This document shows positions 48,600-63,600 of a stretch of DNA of 64,000 nucleotides, piece after piece. The stretch covers positions 4,030,001-4,094,000 of the forward strand of contig JAQFVV010000003.1 in the NCBI GenBank assembly GCA_028023455.1, given 5' to 3'. Both the position numbers and the translations under genes were made by a program. The notes under the pieces were generated by a model. That model was not told where the DNA came from. It saw only the letters and a list, made by a program, of their open reading frames with translations, and did no database searches. Every line of letters starts with the position of its first letter. The stretch's first letter is position 1. The stretch comes from Epiperipatus broadwayi (lineage: Eukaryota > Animalia > Onychophora).

Positions 48600-50200
48600 C
48601 AATAAATTATAGCCTGAAAGCTATTGGAAATAATGACGGTGAATCTATGAATGTAAATGGATTGTTGTTCAGTTTTTGCACAAAGCTTGATATTGACTAT
48701 CATAAAACAAATTAAAGAAAAATCTACATAGAAAGGTTAAATACATCCATATTATAACAAAGACATTTTGAATTGTTATAATTAGTATTACAGAGTCTGA
48801 AAAAGGCTATTTTTACAAGTGCCTAAATAAAAATGAATAATCAAATTGCTTTATTGCTCAGGAATTCATAAGGAAAGACAGAAATGCCAAAATTGGAATT
48901 GATCTAGGGATACAAGTGCACTTATAGGCACATAATACCAGACATATTCTAAATATATTTCAAAGTTAAACTTACAATAGTATTAAAAAATAAGCCCAAT
49001 CTCAATCTTATTGGTAAGAAATTTGATATTCACTCTCTAGAAAAAACTACTACGTATTTGCAGTGAAATTTGATGACTGTTAAATGCTACAATTTAAGAA
49101 TTTTATTCGGATTTACAAAATAATTAAGTTATTAAAGAAAGAATTATATTGTTGATACAAATAAATCTATTTTTGGATTTACTGGTGCTAAAAAAGTAAT
49201 ATGACTAGTTAAGTTCTCTGACAATGATTCTATTATTAATGACTTAAATGCAAACAGCACAATAATAAAATAAATGCGAATCTTTACAAGTGATATAGAA
49301 ATTAAAGGCAGAAGTTAAATGACTGGCTAAAAATTTAAAAATTAATGAATTGGAGATTAATATTTTATACAAAGATGATACAATCATTTGCTAATTGAAA
49401 TAATTTTAGACCTTTTTTTTTTTGTTTTGTTTTGAAATACTGCAATTATCATAGGGGTTTTAAAAATTAGTAACAATCCTATTAAATGTATGTTAATGGT
49501 GATATTTTCATTAGATAATAGAAGTGTTTTGATAATTTTTTTAAAAAAATAATGCTACATAAGTTCATAAGTACATTTAATGATATATATATCCAGCCTA
49601 TGAACTCATTTAGTTATGAACAGTTCTTTGCAATCTTAAAATAAAAAGGCTGGGAATTCTAATAAAATGTTTGGAAAAATATTAAAATGTGATGATGATA
49701 TGCTAGTTTCATAATGAGTGGAATGTTTTAGGAATATATGGAGCCATGAAGTGACACAATTTGATTTTAAGAGTGTTTTACTGTTGGCACTAGAAAAAAA
49801 TGTTTTGATCCTCATAATGGAATTCTTATAAGATTCAAAATAAACTTCTATTTTCAGATTTAATAATAAAACGATCTAGAGTTATAACTGGAATTTCATT
49901 ATCAGATTCAGAACAACCTTTGATTATTATATCCATGCATCTCATAAAAGAAATATAATATTCTATTAATTCACATAAATGTGGGAAAATACAAAATAAG
50001 CTATTAATAAATCTATCTCCTGGTTGGAATTTCTGTATGTTCATTAATGATAATTTGTTAATATCTAAAATAAATGATTTGTCTTTAATAATTTTTATGA
50101 AATACCATCATTATTCGCTACATTCAAAGAATTCTGTTGAAAAAGTGCTTCCAACATCTGATTGCCATGAACTTAGTATAGTTTTAGACAATTTGGAAAT
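48600..50200 (+). mobile_element. Decayed CR1/L2-like RT remnant
   Basis: IINDL (~49236), a degenerate FADD-like segment (~49280) and NKMFGKI (~49660) in the expected order; ends approximate. Confidence 0.4.
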
Positions 50201-51856
50201 ATTATAGATATGATTTTTATTTCAAGCATTAAAAAAAGATATAATGAAGGACAGTATGGTTTATATTTTTAACCAATTTATTCAATATAGCAAATAATAA
50301 TTTAAATAATAATAATAATTTTGCAAATAATAATTTAAAAAAAAAGTAACAAGGTTTGAAAATGATACTTTAATATTAAACAGTTTCTACATCATGATGT
50401 GAGATAAATAATATTATTACTACATCATAATGGATTTGAACATAGACCCATTTTCATTATAAACATTTCCTTAAATATATTCTGATAGATTTAGTATTGA
50501 TTTCTTTAAAATAAATAAAAATTTGAATAGCTTAATTTTTATGCTTAAGTGTTCATAAGAAATTTGAGTATGGAAAATTCCAGCATTGTAATCAATTTGG
50601 GGAGTCTGATACTTTACCATTGCATTAAACTATGTAAGGACATGAATTTCTTTCATTGGAAGGATATGGATGGGAGTAGAATGCAATGAAGAACTAAAAT
50701 TAGGTAAAGTGAAAAAAATCAGAAAAAAAGTGTTTTTGCAGAAGTTCATCATTTTTTGCTTCACAGATTTTATGGCAATAAAAATACATAATAATCCTAA
50801 AGAAAATGGACTGTGAAAGATTCTTTCCATAATATCTTTGAATTATTAGACAAATGTTAAATATATGCTGTTTGATTCATCTTATGATCTATATTTAGTT
50901 TTTTTTTGCTTTGTTTTTAAATTATTTCTTTATGTTTCTCTATCTTTCAATGATTTCAATCACTTTTTCTTACATAGTTATATTTGTAATAAAAGAATCT
51001 AACAAACATCACAAGTTTCTCTGCTTGCAATAAACATATGTATAATAAAATATTGGATTTAGCCATATGTATTTGATTAATATATATATATACATTTATA
51101 TTAATTTTTTTCTTTATTATTTAAATTCATTCTATTTATTGTTCTTCAGAACCTTCTATTGTAAACTTATGTAAAAATGGTAATAGATAGTAATATCATA
51201 GTTCACATCTCCAAACTAGTTTCTGGATAATGACTTTTACTAAGAATAATAAATAACAAAATGTTTTATTGTTCAAGAATTCATTTGAAAATATAAATAG
51301 TAGAAGTAAGAAGCTGAGCCATAATCCATAGGCCTTGAATTCTGGATTCCCCACACATACCACTGTGTTAAATTACATGATATAACTTTGTCAGTAAAAA
51401 GCGTGAACTATTTGCATCTATACATTCAGTAGACACCTTTAACTGATTTAAATCATCAGGCCAAGATTTTGAATTTGAGATAATTTTCTTGCATAGGTAT
51501 ATAGATATGATACTAGAATAGTAGCTACATATTTTAATTATACCAGTTTTATGCCAACTGAAGACATATCTCATCTTTTGATCTGGAATATAACAACAAA
51601 ATATCTCAACTGCTATTGCTTATCCTCAGCCTACCCTTATAAAAACAACAATCCAATCTATTTCATGTAGTTAAATCTAATATATTAAGTTTTAATTCAT
51701 CAATGGAAACTAATGCTATTGTTATAATCTATACTCTTGGATTTGCTTTTACACAATTGTCTTTGATAGAGAATAGCTGTGGATTAACCAACAATCATAA
51801 TCTCTTTTTAAATTTTATATAATGAGCTTTAATAGCTCCTAACAAGCTTTTCAGAC

Positions 51857-51914
51857 TATCCCTATCCACAGACCAGTTTCAACCCTTTTCCTTTCTCAGT
51901 GAGGTGCTAGGATA
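51857..51914 (-). ncRNA. Degenerate type-I hammerhead (family 3, left arm)
   Basis: Minus strand TATCCT..CCTCA-CTGAGAA-AGGAAAAGGGTT-GAAAC-TG-GTC-TGTGG..GGGATA. Confidence 0.5.
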
Positions 51915-52159
51915 TTCAGACATTAGATTTAAAAATGCCAACTAAAGTCCAGCATTTATTTAATAGTTAACTATTAAGAAGAAAATCTGAAATTTTTAGA
52001 CAAATGTCTTCAAATTCAGCTATCTAACTATATGGCTATTTAAGTTAGAGAGCTATATTTAAAGACATATAGATGTCTGAAAATTTCAGATTTTCCACTT
52101 TGTAGTTAACTATTAGATAGATGCTGGGCTTAAGCTGGTATATTTTAGATCTAATGTCT

Positions 52160-52224
52160 GAATATCCTAGCATCTCACTAAAGAAATCCAAAATCTAGAA
52201 AACAGTGTAGGAATAGGGATATTC
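52160..52224 (+). ncRNA. Degenerate type-I hammerhead (family 3, right arm)
   Basis: GAATATCCT..CTCA-CTAAAGA-..-GAAA-ACAGTG-TAGGA..GGGATATTC; the two arms together suggest an ancestral CTGAAGA core. Confidence 0.4.
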
Positions 52225-52601
52225 AGAAAAGCTTGTTAAGAGCTATTAAAGCTCATTATATAACATTTGTAGTACAAGCTTATTAAATTAAGTCATGTGA
52301 TGTATAATGTGATTTTTTTGCAATCTTCAAAAATTATTTATCTTGCTATGTTTTTTTCCCCCAAACCTTATTTATATTTGAAGCATATTACATTTATATA
52401 TTCACTAGATTATATTTGTGATTGTTGCATTAAACAATAGGTGATGATTTTTCATGGAGCACTGAAATATTCTACTGCCTTCCTTTATAATGAACAACTG
52501 AATGTAAACTTTTTAGTATCTTATTTCCAAATTTTTCTGAGAAATAAAATAAATATGTTCAGATAGAATATGTGATATGTTTTAAAAGTTGCACAATATA
52601 G

Positions 52602-54542
52602 TATAACGGTCGGATGTAATTATTAGAGACTTACCGTATCTGTGCTATAGGGCGCCACCAGGTTATTTGAACCTGGAAAATTTATATAGTAGGCAGATAC
52701 ATGCTGTTAAGATCTAATTTTTACATATGTTTTATTCTGACCATCAGTCCATGCCACTAGCTCAGTGAGATGCAGAGATTTATAAAATATAAATTCTTAT
52801 TTAAAAACATTTTCAATATTAAAAAAAATAAAAGAAGCCACTGCCAGTAATAACACACACAAACATTTATTAAAACATATATAAGATTTTGAATCATTTT
52901 AGTATCACTTTTACTTTAAAATTTAACTTACATTTTAACTTTGATTTTAGAATTTAATTTACGTTTTAACTTTTATTTTATAAGTTCGCACAGATGAGTT
53001 TAATATTTTATTAGAGTGTCGAGTATGAATAGACTACATAGATTGCATTTGAAAAGAAAATATTCTATCCCTGATTTAACCTTAGGCCAAAAGTTCACAG
53101 TCAAACTAACATCAATCTATCTGATATATCGATGTATTCAATGCAGCATGAATACGACAGCACAATACCATACTGTCAGGAATGTACATCTGAACAGCAT
53201 GGTTATAGAGAAGACATTGTCTCTCATCCAGTACAGGAATCTTACATCTGTCTGGTGAGAAGACCAATAAAAAAAAAAACTCCATAGGAAAGGATTGCAG
53301 TCCTTTTTACCATCTTACAATCCCATTCCATAGGCTAAAGGGGTGATCCAAGAAGTAGGGAATACATCTGCTTCCGATGGTCAGTACAAAATGGGACTTA
53401 TTTTGCCCAAGTGTGGCATATCATGTGATCTTGCATGTAGCGGATGGATCTCATACTACATTTACTAATTATACCAATATATCCAATCGATTAATCCAAT
53501 TTAACTATGAAACAAATAACCTAAGATTAACCCTCCCTTAATTAAACTAATATAACTTTACAAATCTATGCAGCCATTCATGCCCAACTTAAATTTAACA
53601 TTTATTAAGTTTAGTTTAACAAAAAAAAAAAATCATAATAAAAACTTAAAAGAACGAAAAAATAAATTAATGGAAATGATTTTTAAAAAAAAATACATTC
53701 AATAAAATAATTAATAAATAATTTAGTCAGATAGGAAATTCTACTTCTATTTAAATATTGAGAAGTTTAGAATTTAGAGTTCTTATTGTTTTCAAATTAA
53801 TGTTCATTAGAGTTCATAAAGTTCTTACGGTTTTAAAAAGTTCATCCTTTACAGTTGCTTGCAATTTGGGATCCAGCGTTAATTCCCCCCGATGTCCTGT
53901 GGTTGCAATATAGGAAAATGATTGGTCATTTCTCTTTCTTTTTTTAGCAAAACTGAAGGGATTGAAGAATGTATCTTTTCAATCCCTTCTCCTTCAACTC
54001 TCTCTGCACTGACACATATAATACCTCTGCTTTCACATCTCTATCCTCTTTTTTTTTAATTATTTCCAAACTTTTCCTTTTATTGTAAACTTTTGGATCC
54101 AGTGGACATAACATCATGACAATAATGATCTTTTCATTGAGGTCCGTTTCCTGAGGGATTTCTTTTATTGGCTATTAGTTTCTATTGTTTTTTCCTCTCC
54201 TATCTGACTTTTACTTATGCATTTTGAAATGCCCAAGGGCTAGCTTACTTTTAACTAATTAAAATAATCATTTCCATTTTACAATAGCATTAATTAATTT
54301 ATTGTACATTCTTTTTATCTTTAAATCTTTCAAGTTTTTTTCTTAATATTTAGTTTTAAAACTTTTTCTTTTTTTTAATAAAGTTTTCTTTTAATAATTT
54401 TTCATCTGTGCGATTTTATATATATAAAGTTTAGATGACTTTTAACTTTTTAATTTTTAATTCTTAAAAAAGAAGTTTTTATCTGTGAATTTTTATTTTT
54501 AATTTTATTTATTAGAATGTAACGGCATGTATGCCCATTACA
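52602..54542. mobile_element. Unclassified TG...CA element, copy 2 (1941 bp), 4-bp TSD
   Basis: Starts TATAACGG, ends TGTAACGG-catgtatgc-CCATTACA; TSD atag at 52598-52601 and 54543-54546. Confidence 0.85.
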
Positions 54543-57199
54543 ATAGAAAGTCAGTTTATCAATGATATATTCATTAATAACTTAACATTACAACTATGGT
54601 TCATGAAGTTAATTGTTCCTGTTAAAGTACAAGAAGTTATGAACATTTTCACTATTATATTGCACTATTTTGATACATATTTCATTATGCAAATTGTTGT
54701 TAGATAATATTAAATAATATCTATATCTTACTTCAAAAACTACAATGTAAACATGGTGTAAAATAAAGAGACATTAGATGGCAGAAAAAACAATTTCAAA
54801 GGTCAGTTTCTTGCAATTGATATTAAAGTGGTAATTTATTTTCTAACAATATTGTTACTTTTACTTTTATCTTGTGATAAAGGGAAATAATTTAAAATTG
54901 CAGACACTATAATGTTCTGCAACCTTATAAAATTATGTTTTTGCCACCTAATGTTTATTAATTTTAATCAGTGCTTGTGTTTTAAGTTTATTATGAGAAG
55001 AAATGAAAACACTATCTAATGAAATATAAACGGAGAAGTTACACAAGATGCCAAGAAATAAAGAAAGTAAATTTAAGAGAAGTTTCATTGTAGGATATTA
55101 CATTGTCAATATCTTCAAATCAATTATTAAATGTAATATATCAATAAAAAATGAAAATGCTTCTGAATCAAAAATCATTCTTATAGATTAGCAAATTTAA
55201 TTTCCATTAAGAATTTAATAGAACTGTAATTGATTATGAAATAGAATGGGCTTTTACTTGGTATGAAAGTAAGTTTTGTAGCTCACCATAATAAGTGAGT
55301 GTATCTTTGATCCTTGAACCTATATATACCACATACGGTTTAATTTCATTCATAGGGGAGGAAAGGTTAAGAATCAATATTACATATATGCTTAAACTCA
55401 TCTCATCCTTACCCTCTTTCATTTCCGCTATTCTCAAGTTTCAAACTCATAGAGATTCTGCATGATCATCTAGTTCAGGCTATATTAGTATCACTTAAAA
55501 TTAAGATAGGTGTAAATATCTGTAGGAGTTTAATGGTAGGTGTGAATTTGAAATTAAGTGTAAATAGCAAAAATATTTATAAATATGTAAGAAGATATCA
55601 CCAATTGAAAGTTGACTATAGAAAAACATACCAAGAGTTTTTAATTTAACATTTGAATATATTTAAAACTATATTTACAGTTTTTTAACAAAGAAAATTT
55701 GAAACAAAATTATAAAACCTTTAATTTGACATTTATGGATTCTCATTGCTTATAATTGATTCCAGTTATTATTCAAAACCCATATTCCTCACAAAGAATA
55801 GCCATTAGATGTCCATGTCAACATAAGTGAAATTTAAATTATGTTTATGATTGTCTCCATCATCCTTGCTTACTATATCATGATTTGGAAATCATAATTC
55901 ATTTTATTTTCATTAATTGGATATATTAATTCCTATCTATCAAGGTGATCCCCCTGTTATATACTGTAGTTATAATACAGATAAGAATGACTATTTATGA
56001 CAAATATAGTTAGTCAAGTATACCGAGAATGTTTAACACAACTATTAGTATAAACAAACAAAGAAAAATATATGTGGCGCAATTGTAAAAATGTTTGGAC
56101 TAAATACATATTAGCTAAAATCTTATCTTTCCCATTTGAAGATGATCAGATTTGCACACAAGCAAGCACTCATTGTAAACTATATTTTATTTTATTTAAA
56201 CTAAAGGCAACAATATTTCTCCATATCCCCCCTTTTATATCCATGTTAAAGTAAAGATATGAACAAAAACATTTATATCAAATATACAAATAAATTAAAC
56301 TAATGATGTCAGCCTAGATGTAGTTTTAAAATTCATAAGAAAAATATCTTAGTGAATTATTCTGGTAATTCTCACTACTCCATTTCAGGTATAGATGGTA
56401 AATCATGATTGTTCTTGATCATACCTTAAGTCATCTATCCTTTGCATCCTTGGAACTTTTGCAGAGCTATTGTATTCACTCATTAAGAATCAGCTTGACA
56501 TTTCATAGTGCAGATGTAGAGTGCTAGGTCAATTCTAACTTGATTCTGACAAGTTATAGCTCCATGAGTGATGACTTTCTTTCCCTGATGTCACCTTTGC
56601 ACTTAGCAATGCATATTTGCCTGTATTTTTGAATTCTTTTGAGTGAATTAATAGCAATATTTCTTGTATTATGAGATATCCTCAGATCTAGATATGTCGA
56701 ACTATAATTTAGAATTATAGACACTTTGAAAATTCTAATGATCTGAATTTACCTTTGAAGATCTTAATTTCAAATTCCTCAGTTGGCTAACATTAATTCT
56801 ATAATGCTTGTTCTTGCTTTCTTGAATCTTCAGATATTGGTTTTTAATATTATTTCAACTCAAAAGTGGCTGATGTTTCTATTCAAATTGTAAATTCAAC
56901 ATCTCTACTAAAATTTTTATAGGTTATTCAGCAGATGAGAACATTTATCTCTCTTTGGAGAAGAAGCTCATTGTTGAAAAAAAAAAGTTCATGATTATCA
57001 TTTAAGTCCATTACTGACAATGAATATTATTATATGTAATGTATTAATAACAATAAATTTTTTATTTGATATTTCTTTACTTTAATATGAATTTTCATTT
57101 CTTGATTGCATTCATTTTATCCAATCATATTTACCATGCATTATTATAGTTTGTTGGAATTATATTATACTCAACAGGATAATAATTACTAAAGGTTAG

Positions 57200-57700
57200 T
57201 TGTCATGTTTGTGTCTTACAATTTAATTGAGATATGTATTTAGAGTATAATTTGGAGTTTAAATGAGTGTTGCAATTAATGGTTTGTCAATTATAGTGCT
57301 TTAATTTTTATTAATCTAGTGATTAACAAATAACATTAATATCATGGGTCTTGGATTTGATTTAGGCCACAAGTTGTGTAATTAGTATTGGAAGGATATA
57401 AGGGGCATGCATAACAATTTAGAGCAGACAAGCTTAGATTAGAGGAAAAGACTACAAGTAAATATTTCCATCTTAATTATAAATATGTAAAACTAATACT
57501 CCTGAACTTGAATAAATAAATTATTGCTTATAATCCAGACATTTGGTAATTTATCATGGAAGCAATCAAGTAAAAAGGGGGATATCTAGAGACTTCATTG
57601 ACAACACAATGTGAATGGACAATTGTGTAGCGGAGTTCAAAATCATTGCATCATAGACGATAAAGTTTGGTTTAAGGTTTAAAAATAGACCTTGAGCTCA
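57200..57700 (+). mobile_element. Possible BEL/Pao LTR plus PBS and gag start
   Basis: tgtcatg...aataaa...ccagaca followed by tttggt, then MEAIK./KRGYLETSLT resembling a BEL gag N-terminus; weak. Confidence 0.35.
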
Positions 57701-58466
57701 GTTATTTTTGGATAATATGTGAATGATTAAAAATGGTGAACACATTAGCTACAAATACAATTAGAATAACATTTGCACAAATTATTTATTACAATTAAAA
57801 ATAAGATTTAATTATTACTTTTCTTAATTTAATTTATTGTTGTAGATTTATCAAGTAATGTATATTCTATATGTCTATGTAAAATATAGAAGAAAAATAG
57901 AAAGTAATGGCGATTCATTTTCTTTTAAAAATTGAAAATAAAATAAATTTATTATTCAAGAAATAATAACGGTTGTATTAATCACAGTTCATTATATAAT
58001 ATATAAAATAATGTTTTGATTAAAGTATCTTGTTTTCTTTATTTCACTGTATATAGAATGAATATGCAAAACTTCAAGCCATATCGTTGAAATTACATTT
58101 AATACATTTTGTTCTGCATGATTCATTCAGAAATTTTTTTAAACAAAAATGTTTTTTTTTACTTTTCCTTTGATAAATTCACAATTTTATAATAAATTTG
58201 CATTCATCAAGAATAAAAAAAGTGATATTAAGTATTAAAAGATAAAAGCCTTGAAAGCTATTTATTTAACAAGTTAAAATGCCTCTCTAAAATTAGCTTC
58301 TTCTGAAATAAGCACAATTTAAAAAGAAAAATATATAGAGACTTAAGCAACTGTGATTAAGAGTATTCTTCAAAGTAAACAGGTATTTTTAAAATATAAT
58401 AATATCACGAAATACATCATGAAAGAAAAAAAAAGATCAATCATCCACATTTTGATTCATTGTCTA

Positions 58467-58573
58467 AATAATAATAATAATAATAATAATAGTAGTAGTA
58501 ATAGTAGTAGTGGTAGTAGTAGTAATAATAATAATCATAATAACAACAATAATAATAATAACAATAACAATAA
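58467..58573 (+). repeat. Compound (AAT)/(AGT)/(AAC) microsatellite
   Basis: Directly visible, immediately 5' of the truncated L1-like element. Confidence 0.95.
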
Positions 58574-58579
58574 GAAATC

Positions 58580-60540
58580 TTCAACCACACAAGCAGCTTT
58601 GGTTTTCAAAACTATAATGATAACTGTAAGAAATAAGAAAAAATATAGTCCTCTGGTCAAACAATTGGATATAGCATCAGCCTTTGACATTTGTACTGCT
58701 AAAGATGCTTGAAACCACAGATATCCCCAGATCCATGCTATATATAATAGCAAACCCATTGCTAAATTGTGAGCCACATATAACACTTAATGGTAGAAAT
58801 TCTCCCTCATTCTATCCCACCCAGTCACTATTACAAGGTTCACTTTTAAGCACCCTACTCTTTATTTTTTATATTAACCCCTTAATCAAGGAAATAAATC
58901 AATCCTTTGAAGGCATACAAATACCAGGGATCAACACAAAAAATAGCATGTTTGGCATATATGGACAATATCATGGTCTTTCTAACTTCTAAAACACAGA
59001 TACCACAGTTGAACAGGATAGTAGAAGAATATTTAGCCAATTATAGAATGAAGATAAATCCAGCAAAGTTTGCATCTTGGCATATATTCTCTGGAAAATC
59101 ATGTGGGTCCATATTTCAAGTGAAGCCAAATCCCTTTTTAGGTTTCCCATTTTATATGGGCACCACCGAAATGCGCTGTCACATACAAAACAAGCTCAAA
59201 GAGGATATCAAAAAAATAGCAAATTCATTAACAAAAGCATATCCATCAATATATGCAAAGACACAACTAATCAACAGGCTAATCATAATGAGAATAACAT
59301 ACTACATGCCAGTAATTGCTTTTTCTAAAGTTTTCATCTGGAAAATTAACTCCATAATCTGTAAACTTATGTGGACCAGAAAAACAATGGCCATATCAAT
59401 TAAAAACCTTAGCCAACCACTAATAAAAAATGACCTTGGCCTATCCAGCCTCAACATTTTTCACATACAAAACAAAAAAATACAATAATTGCCATAATTA
59501 ATCAATTTAAAAAATTAAAACATCTAATAAAAATAACATCTATTGATTGACCACCTCCAAAAGACTCATTCATTCAATCAGCAATATACCACTGCAATAC
59601 AATAGAAAAAATCCCCAACCAATGGACGGAAAAATATAAATATTGGGAAATCTATGAACTAATACAGAACCATACCACCAACAATGAAATATTACCACTA
59701 CTAAAAATAAACAATAAAGTATTAATCAAAAAATACAAGAAATGGGAGTTAGAGCCAAAATTTTTCAATTTCATCCTTAAAATAAACTTAGATGCCCTCC
59801 CAATCACATACTTTCTGGTCCACAGAAGACTACATAGAGACATGGATTCTTTATGCAGATTATGCCATCAGACTGAAGAAACCATCCAGCATTTAATTTA
59901 TCACTGCAAAGGTCTGGAATAAGTAAGAGTTATATTTTGCAACACATATAGGAGATACAAAACCATGATAGAACAAGTAATGATGGCATTCCAAAGTAAA
60001 ACAATACCACTGATCAGGACAGCAACTTTTGTTCTATATTCTTTATGGTGCACAAGATGTACTTTCCTAATTGGAAATAACACAAGGCAACATCCATCAA
60101 CTTTTCAACATCAGTTAATGCAAATACAAATGCGAGACAAATTGATAACAAGTCCAGACATCTATGCAACTACCTGGTCTCTGCTTAAACACAGAGCAGG
60201 GTTATAACATAATCAAAAATAAGATATACTAAGTAATATAAAGCTCTAAAAAAGAATCAAAACTAAAAATAACAAGTAATAAAACAAAAAAATAACAAAT
60301 AACAAGACAGAAAAGAACAGAGCCCACCCCTTCCCAGTAATCGCTTCAGTAACATCTGTGCACCTAATAACTAATCAAATATAACTGTTTATAATATTGA
60401 AAGACTTTATTTGATAATGAACAATTCTGTAACATTCAACTAGAACAATATAATATAAATATGTTATTTTGATTTTTGTAATAACAATTGTAACCTGGTT
60501 GTAACTGGAAAACAATAAAGTACCTTTTGAAACATGAAAC
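58580..60540 (+). mobile_element. 5'-truncated L1/Tx1-like LINE (RT to 3' UTR)
   Basis: QLDIASAFD, LLQGSLLSTLLFIFYINPL, LAYMDNIMV, LGFP, GLSSLNI, CRLCHQTEETIQHLIYHC; AATAAA at 60514-60519. Confidence 0.9.
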
Positions 60541-60542
60541 AT

Positions 60543-60628
<86 letters not shown>

Positions 60629-60643
60629 CAACAACAATAACAA
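60541..60643 (+). repeat. (AAC)n(AAT)n(AAC)n microsatellite between two head-to-tail L1-like elements
   Basis: Directly visible, 21 nt after AATAAA. Confidence 0.95.
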
Positions 60644-60644
60644 C

Positions 60645-63600
60645 ATCTGCAGAAAACAATTGCGTAATTAGTAAAAGAAATAGCGATATAGATGTGAAAC
60701 AGTTGCAGAAGCCAGAAAGGCAAAAAAATCTTATGCAAATATTGCTGCAATGAACCCACAAAAAGCAGTATTAGAAAATATTATACAAGGAAACTTTCAT
60801 AAGCTACAACAAAAGAACAAAAAAAACGAAGGGGAAGGACATATAGGCAGATTCAGGAGAGCTAATTCAACAGACATCTTTGAACTAAATATAGAAAACG
60901 AAGATAAGACACTTAATCATCTAACAGAACAAACAGAAGATAACTAGACAGAAGAAGAAATACAAGAAATCAACATCCAGTTTAATAATACGATACTGAA
61001 CAAGTTATATGAATCTTTAAAAAAATCATTTTCTGATAGATCATTAGTGCTCGCAATTACAGACAGAAATCTAACTTTAAATAAATTTCACAAAGAGTTA
61101 TTATATAAAAAACTAACAGAAAAAACTTAAGGAATTTAATCTCAGAGATAGGTGAATATACAAACTCAAGGTATATAGCTATACAATTTTTCAACAAAAA
61201 TCAAAAAATGAAATTCAAATCACAAATAAAAATGATGGGTGGATATGTAATGATTGTTGTAGATGAAAGTCTGCAAAATTATTGTTCAGGAATCTTAAAG
61301 AATGCATATTTTGGGTTTAGCTTTCATGATTTTAAAAGTACGGTCCAACCATTTGGACAAGCCATAACAAATCTTGTGCAATGATACATCCACACTTATA
61401 TACACAAACAGTTATCATTTTAAGATAAAGCTGCACCAGCATATTAAGCCAGAGGAAATTCGTAGGCAAATTATGGATCAGGTAGCAGTATTATACCTAA
61501 ATATTAAAGGGCTAAGGTCACAATGTTTTGCCTGCAGAGAAAGAAGTCATTTAATTATAGACTGTCCAAAGAATGAAAATAATAATGATAATAAACGATT
61601 TTCTATATCAGAAGAAAGACTAGAAAGGAAAACAAGCAGTAAACAAAGGGATATAAAGCAAATACTGACCTTGGATGTGGTAACTCAGGGAAGTGAAAAG
61701 AAAAAAATTTCTATACAACAACTACATATGAATACAGATAATCAAGTAAGTGAAACTGCAAATGTAAATAATGATGATAGCAATATTGATGAGATTCTAG
61801 ATTCTTCATTAAGGCCAGAGAAAAAAGAGTGCCTTAAGATAAATAATGCAAAAGTAAAAGAAAAAAAAGGGAATGAGATACAAATGTATGCGGTTAAAGC
61901 TTTATAAAAAGATATAGACAACCACACACTGAAAAAAATGTTGACGAGAAACAATATTATGAAGAGAATATGAATTTGGACAAAAAACTGGAATTAACTG
62001 AAAAACAAAGAACTAGGAACAATACAAATATTGAGATTACTCAGATAATAATGCCAAATATGCCACAATTTACTCAGAATAATATTGAACAGAAGAGAAA
62101 TCCAGGAAGGTCTTCAAAAAACAGAAAAAAGCTAAAATTAGGAGAAATTATGTTTGATAACATAGGAGAACAGTATCGAATGGACAGATATATTGATGTT
62201 GAATCTGAAAGTGAGTTTGAAGATGCCCAAGATTTACAATTGATAGATAGCCAAAGATAAGTATAATTAAAGATAAAGTAAATTCAAAAAAATTCAAAGT
62301 AAAAAGTAAATCTATATAAATGAGAATTAAAATCCCTTCTTTTAATGTACGGGGTTTGAATTCAATAGGAAAAATATTTAAGTTGAAACAATGGATCAAG
62401 AAAACAAAACCTCATATAATGGGACTGCTTGAAACCAAAATTTATGCAGGGTCACAAATTTATCCAGCAAATTTCCTAAATAGTGAGGGCTTTGTTGTGT
62501 GTTCAAGAGTCTACCTCTCCGTCGGTCGGGATGAGTCTTTTGATAGCTACTGCTTGCCAGTTTACCAATTTTCAAATCATATACATTGATACAAATCTAT
62601 TAATAATTATTTTATTTCACAAAATAATTAAAATAAATGTAATCTTTGTTTATATGCCATTACAAAAATATAAAATAAATACAATAATTGCCACAATTAA
62701 TTCAACACTGGAATCTACAGCTAATCCAACAATTTTGATCGGAGACTTCAATGTAACATATGACGAGTTTGTAAATAAGTGGATACATAAATTATCAGTT
62801 CCACTGATGGGTGCAAGGCGTTTCTGAGTTGAAGATGCTGTTTCAGTTCATAAATGGTTGATTTTCAACATTAATTGATTTTTGTTTTTACTCTCCGGTG
62901 TTTCATCATCTGATAAGCGTGAAGTTAATCCTGTCAGCAATTTCTGATTACTCGACTCAGTTCATATCAATTGACCTCAATAATATACAAGTCTCTAGAC
63001 TGTCATTAACTAGAACAATAAAAATGTTGATTCCAACATTAACATCCAAATTTATTTTTTCAGAGACTTATGTTATGTGGAATTCAATGACCTTTAATCC
63101 AATTCAGCAATATTTAGCTTACATTAATATCTTGTTAACATTAATTATATAGTGAAAAATCAGCCACCTCCCTCAGGGTTTTGAAACTTGCAGAACAAAT
63201 TCATAAATATCTTGTGGTGATAACTCGTACTCATCACACACAGAAACATATACATATTTTAACAAATGCTTATAACAAGGCATGTGAAATGCTAAAGAGC
63301 TATTTAAAAAATAAAAAAAGGAGAATATGTCTAATGCATCAACACACATAGACTCGGCAATACATTAGATAGGCACTGGGGAGGGCACCTGAAATCAAAA
63401 TGCCATTAGCAATTAAAAACATCAATGAACCATTTACTGGAAATAATATGATCTTACCAATTCTTAACATTTTTAAAAATAAGCTGGGGCCAGAGAAATT
63501 GACACAATACCAGCCAAAAGTATTTGGAATGGCAGAGATTGAATCACCATATTTAACAGATGATTTTATACTGAAAATGAATGAAATTCTCAACAACTGT

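Larger units (their letters stand above)
51815..52263. repeat. ~450-bp foldback with ~210-bp arms carrying degenerate hammerhead motifs (HHR family 3)
   Basis: ttatataatgagctttaatagctc...gagctattaaagctcattatataa; arms are complementary throughout with some indels. Confidence 0.9.

Noticed and set aside
56670-56850. Several CTGANGA...GAAA matches on the minus strand
   Set aside because: No formable stem II; they lie in a decayed coding-like remnant
60375-60761. Poly-I/V/L/Y/C ORFs
   Set aside because: Translations of the (AAT)/(AAC) microsatellite
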